From a virus, in the IMG/VR virus record IMGVR_UViG_3300022552_000376: a stretch of 26,618 nt of DNA; one strand, 5' to 3'. Both the position numbers and the translations under genes were made by a program. The stretch's first letter is position 1. Every line of letters starts with the position of its first letter. Under the pieces are notes generated by a model. That model was given only the letters and a program-made list of their open reading frames with translations, ran no database searches and had not been told where the DNA came from. Below, one piece after another: positions 23,885 through 26,618 of this stretch.

Positions 23885-24059
23885 GTTTCTGAAAAATGTT
23901 AATGGTCATATAGCAACAATTCCGATGCTCGCAAAAGTAATCAAAGCATCTCCACCAACAGCAAAGTCAATTGTTGGAGAGTTGGAAGTGGAGAAGAAAG
24001 TGAGAATTGTGAGGTTGGGTAACGACTACATAGTGAAGTTGGAGAAAGGAGGTGAGTGA
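23835..24059 (+). CDS. Small winged-HTH DNA-binding protein
   Basis: SD GGAGGTGA at 23822-23829; TIPMLAKVIKASPPTAKSIVGELEVEKKVRIVRLG. Confidence 0.7.
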   Translation: MRLKKEQREEMKQKIVEFLKNVNGHIATIPMLAKVIKASPPTAKSIVGELEVEKKVRIVRLGNDYIVKLEKGGE

Positions 24060-24065
24060 GTAAGA

Positions 24066-24680
24066 ATGAGTGAGGAGTATTATGCACAGAAAGAAGGAGA
24101 AGGAGAAGAAGAGCAAGAAGGTGTTGAAACAGAAGATTTTGATGAATTTGATACAGTAGCACCTGAAGGAAGATTACCAACACCACATATCAGAGCAGAT
24201 GAGACACTTTTTGATAATGAATTTGTTCGCTTTCTTGATGCACTCTTAAAGGACAGCACAACAAAGGAAATCGCAGAATACATACTCCGCTCATCTCTTT
24301 CAATCACGGCAAAGGAGAAATTGATTTTGTATGCATACACACTTCTTCACAGAGAGTTTGCAATCACAAGGCTTCGGGGAGAAAGAGATTTGCAACGCAT
24401 TCTCATTCAGAAGTCACTAATTGATGCTGACCTTCCACTTGGACTGACAAAGTTTGACCTCACACCAGAATTCCATCATATTGTTGGCTTAATCACAATC
24501 AAATTCCAAGCAAAACTCTTAAGGAGCATGGATGGATTTGAGAGAATTGCACTCGTATCGCAGAGGCAAATAGTGGCGAGGGAAGAAATGCGAATGGATG
24601 AATATGAATTAAAGGAGAGATTGAGGCGGTATCCGCAACGAAGTTTCATAGGCATTTTACCATTCTTTAGGAGGAGGTGA
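24066..24680 (+). CDS. Hypothetical protein with acidic N-terminus (204 aa)
   Basis: SD GGAGGTGA upstream; acidic tail, helical core, RSMDGFER motif. Confidence 0.8.
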   Translation: MSEEYYAQKEGEGEEEQEGVETEDFDEFDTVAPEGRLPTPHIRADETLFDNEFVRFLDALLKDSTTKEIAEYILRSSLSITAKEKLILYAYTLLHREFAITRLRGERDLQRILIQKSLIDADLPLGLTKFDLTPEFHHIVGLITIKFQAKLLRSMDGFERIALVSQRQIVAREEMRMDEYELKERLRRYPQRSFIGILPFFRRR

Positions 24681-24914
24681 ATGAAAAAAATGAGGAAGAG
24701 ATATATGCCTGCGTTTATCTTGGAAGGAATGGCACTTGCAGGAATGGCATACAATCTTGTGGAAATGCTTGTAACACGCAATATTCTAATGATGAGACCT
24801 ATGATTTGGGTTTTAGGAGTGTTGATAACAATACTAACGACACCTGCATTTATTCTTTGGCTATTGGAGAGAAAGGAAAGGAAGAAAGTATCAGAAAGGG
24901 GTGATATAGCATGA
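24681..24914 (+). CDS. Two-TM membrane protein
   Basis: Two hydrophobic helices and a basic C-terminus; ATGA overlap with the next gene. Confidence 0.7.
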   Translation: MKKMRKRYMPAFILEGMALAGMAYNLVEMLVTRNILMMRPMIWVLGVLITILTTPAFILWLLERKERKKVSERGDIA

Positions 24915-25738
24915 TTATCGTCCCTGAATTCCTATTTTTCGGCTTCCTCCTTTGGGCGATAATTGCATCTATGGCTTTGGTGATGTTCGCACTCGCAATC
25001 AAAAGATATGCTCCTGAAGCCTTTATTTTCTGGAGGGCAAGAAGAGAGGGTAAGCCATTAGCGTTAGTTCATTATCCAGAGGGAATTGTCAGAGCATATA
25101 TTCCAAGAGAGGAGAGGAGGTTAAATCCCTCTGTGACGAACTATTACTATGTTGGTGATGTCGGTATAAAGTTCAAAGGAACAAATGCAACACTTGAGAG
25201 ATGGAATGGAAGAATACCAATCTATCATTACTTTGTGAACATTCCTGAAACAATTGCAACGAGAGAGGCAGTAGCATTTTCACAATTCAAGGACTACCTG
25301 AAGGAGCATAAAATTGATGTAAGTGGAATTGAGGATATTGCATTCTTTGTTATCTCTCGTTATGAGAAGTATCTGGGAAAGGGATTATCACAAGAAGAGG
25401 CGATGAGAAGAGCATTAAGCGACACAGGGCTTGACAACGAGGAAATGGTGCAAAAGATGATTAACCTTCTCAAGTTCATAGAGAAGAATAGAGAGGAGAT
25501 TGAGAAGATGAAGACAAAGACAGGGCAATTCACATATCAGGTGATTGCGAATGCAATTGACACAGTTTCAGCATACACATCTGCGAATGTTGCTCACACA
25601 AAAGCAGTGCTGGAAAGTGCAATAAGAGAGCAGTTAGGAAGTGAGGTAAAGGATTACATCAAATATGGAATGCTGATTTTCATGGGTTGTTTGGGATTAG
25701 GTGTGCTATTCATTCTGACACATACATTTATGTCATGA
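24911..25738 (+). CDS. Membrane protein with N- and C-terminal TM helices (275 aa)
   Basis: Hydrophobic residues ~5-30 and ~252-272 flank a soluble domain. Confidence 0.8.
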   Translation: MIIVPEFLFFGFLLWAIIASMALVMFALAIKRYAPEAFIFWRARREGKPLALVHYPEGIVRAYIPREERRLNPSVTNYYYVGDVGIKFKGTNATLERWNGRIPIYHYFVNIPETIATREAVAFSQFKDYLKEHKIDVSGIEDIAFFVISRYEKYLGKGLSQEEAMRRALSDTGLDNEEMVQKMINLLKFIEKNREEIEKMKTKTGQFTYQVIANAIDTVSAYTSANVAHTKAVLESAIREQLGSEVKDYIKYGMLIFMGCLGLGVLFILTHTFMS

Positions 25739-25755
25739 GGAGGTGATGATGAAAG

Positions 25756-26103
25756 ATGATAAAAGTGAAGGAGAAGGCAATTTGGATTATGTTCCTTCTC
25801 TTTATTCTTACTGATGCAATTGCTTCTCTCACTACCTATGTTGGAATTACATATCTCGGTCTCTCTGAACAGAACCCTTTTATGGCAGAAATGTTCACAA
25901 AGTATGGAATAGTTCCTACACTTATTATTGCTACTCTTATAACATTTGCTTTAGGAGTTGGTGTTGCAATCTTAGGGACACATCCACGAACACAAGGGTC
26001 ATTCAACTTACCCTCTTTTATAGGTTTGAGTATATTTACAGTGTTAACTTTAGATAATGCTTTAGGAAACATCATAGCCATCTTGGAGGTGATTTTGAGA
26101 TGA
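25756..26103 (+). CDS. Small polytopic membrane protein (DUF5658-like)
   Basis: D..ASLTTYVGI..LG.SEQNP pattern with 3-4 TM helices. Confidence 0.65.
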   Translation: MIKVKEKAIWIMFLLFILTDAIASLTTYVGITYLGLSEQNPFMAEMFTKYGIVPTLIIATLITFALGVGVAILGTHPRTQGSFNLPSFIGLSIFTVLTLDNALGNIIAILEVILR

Positions 26104-26618
26104 CAAAGGTGATATGTGACATTTGTGGAAAGGAGATTGACAAACGAGCAATTCACTTACACATGCGAAAACATGCAGATGAGATGCAGAGGTGGACACA
26201 AGAAACAGAAGTTGAAGCATCTGATACCGAAAGCAGTAGCATTCCAAAAAGAGGAATTGATGTGCTAAATACATGGGATTGGGGCTATCATACACTTCTT
26301 CCTAATCTCTGGTGTGTGATTAATAACAATAATGAGACATACATTACACCAGTGCTTGCTCTGCACATTAATTCAGATGGTGGATGGATTGCAATATGTG
26401 ACAGAGAAGGAAAAGTGAGGAAAGTTGAGGACTTAAACAGTGAATGCATCCTTTGTGCAACGAGACGGGAGGCGGAGAAAGTGGTAAGAATACTTCAGCG
26501 AGCAAGAGGAAATAGTGAGAGTATATTTGGAAAGTTTGCAAAAAGGTTCAGAGAGCGAAGAGAGAAAAGGAAAGAGGAGAGACCAGTAACTGTGAGCAAG
26601 GAGACGATGACACAGTTA
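26100..26618 (+). CDS. C2H2 Zn-finger protein, truncated by the window end (not in ORF track)
   Basis: ATGA overlap; MTKVICDICGKEIDKRAIHLHMRKH; open for 173 codons to the last base. Confidence 0.8.
   Translation, partial: MTKVICDICGKEIDKRAIHLHMRKHADEMQRWTQETEVEASDTESSSIPKRGIDVLNTWDWGYHTLLPNLWCVINNNNETYITPVLALHINSDGGWIAICDREGKVRKVEDLNSECILCATRREAEKVVRILQRARGNSESIFGKFAKRFRERREKRKEERPVTVSKETMTQL

Noticed and set aside
24677-24904. 75-aa ORF overlapping 24681-24914 in another frame
   Set aside because: The 24681 frame gives a coherent two-TM protein coupled to the next gene; this one looks like a shadow frame.
250-26295. All minus-strand ORFs in the track (e.g. 1544-2335, 13156-13581, 14384-14896)
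   Set aside because: They are Ser/Pro/Leu/His/Phe-rich shadows of purine-rich + strand genes, with no SD or recognisable motifs.
1-26618. Integrase, transposase, reverse transcriptase, terminase, portal or HK97 capsid genes
   Set aside because: No supporting motifs were recognised within this window.

Overview
Gene-dense fragment of an archaeal dsDNA virus genome. Nearly all plausible genes are on the + strand, with GGAGGTGA Shine-Dalgarno sites and ATGA/GTGA-type gene overlaps. Layout: (i) 1-720 is non-coding and holds a 108-nt pure-purine tract, small hairpins, a TATA box and a GC-rich, strongly structured ~340-nt RNA-like element; (ii) ~740-5900 has small hypothetical, Zn-ribbon and DNA-binding genes; (iii) 5924-15470 is a large replication/recombination module (RFC small, Cas4-like nuclease, short RFC-large-like ATPase, OB-fold SSB, AAA_24-like ATPase, fused primase, PolB, PCNA, Hjc-like resolvase); (iv) nucleotide metabolism (dUTPase-like protein, class III RNR NrdD) and an XPD/DinG helicase; (v) a hydrophobic hairpin protein resembling spindle-shaped virus major capsid proteins, a GT-C glycosyltransferase and membrane proteins. 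The content suggests a large spindle-shaped virus of an anaerobic euryarchaeon (Itzamnaviridae-like is my inference). The most striking unexplained signals are three tandem hairpins (441-577) with different, fully compensated stems but an identical G-AUGC/UUC-C internal loop, inside a putative ncRNA that also has a k-turn, and a 50-codon ORF (15655-15807) resembling the N-terminus of a cellular PCNA. All family assignments come from motif recognition by eye; no database searches were run.
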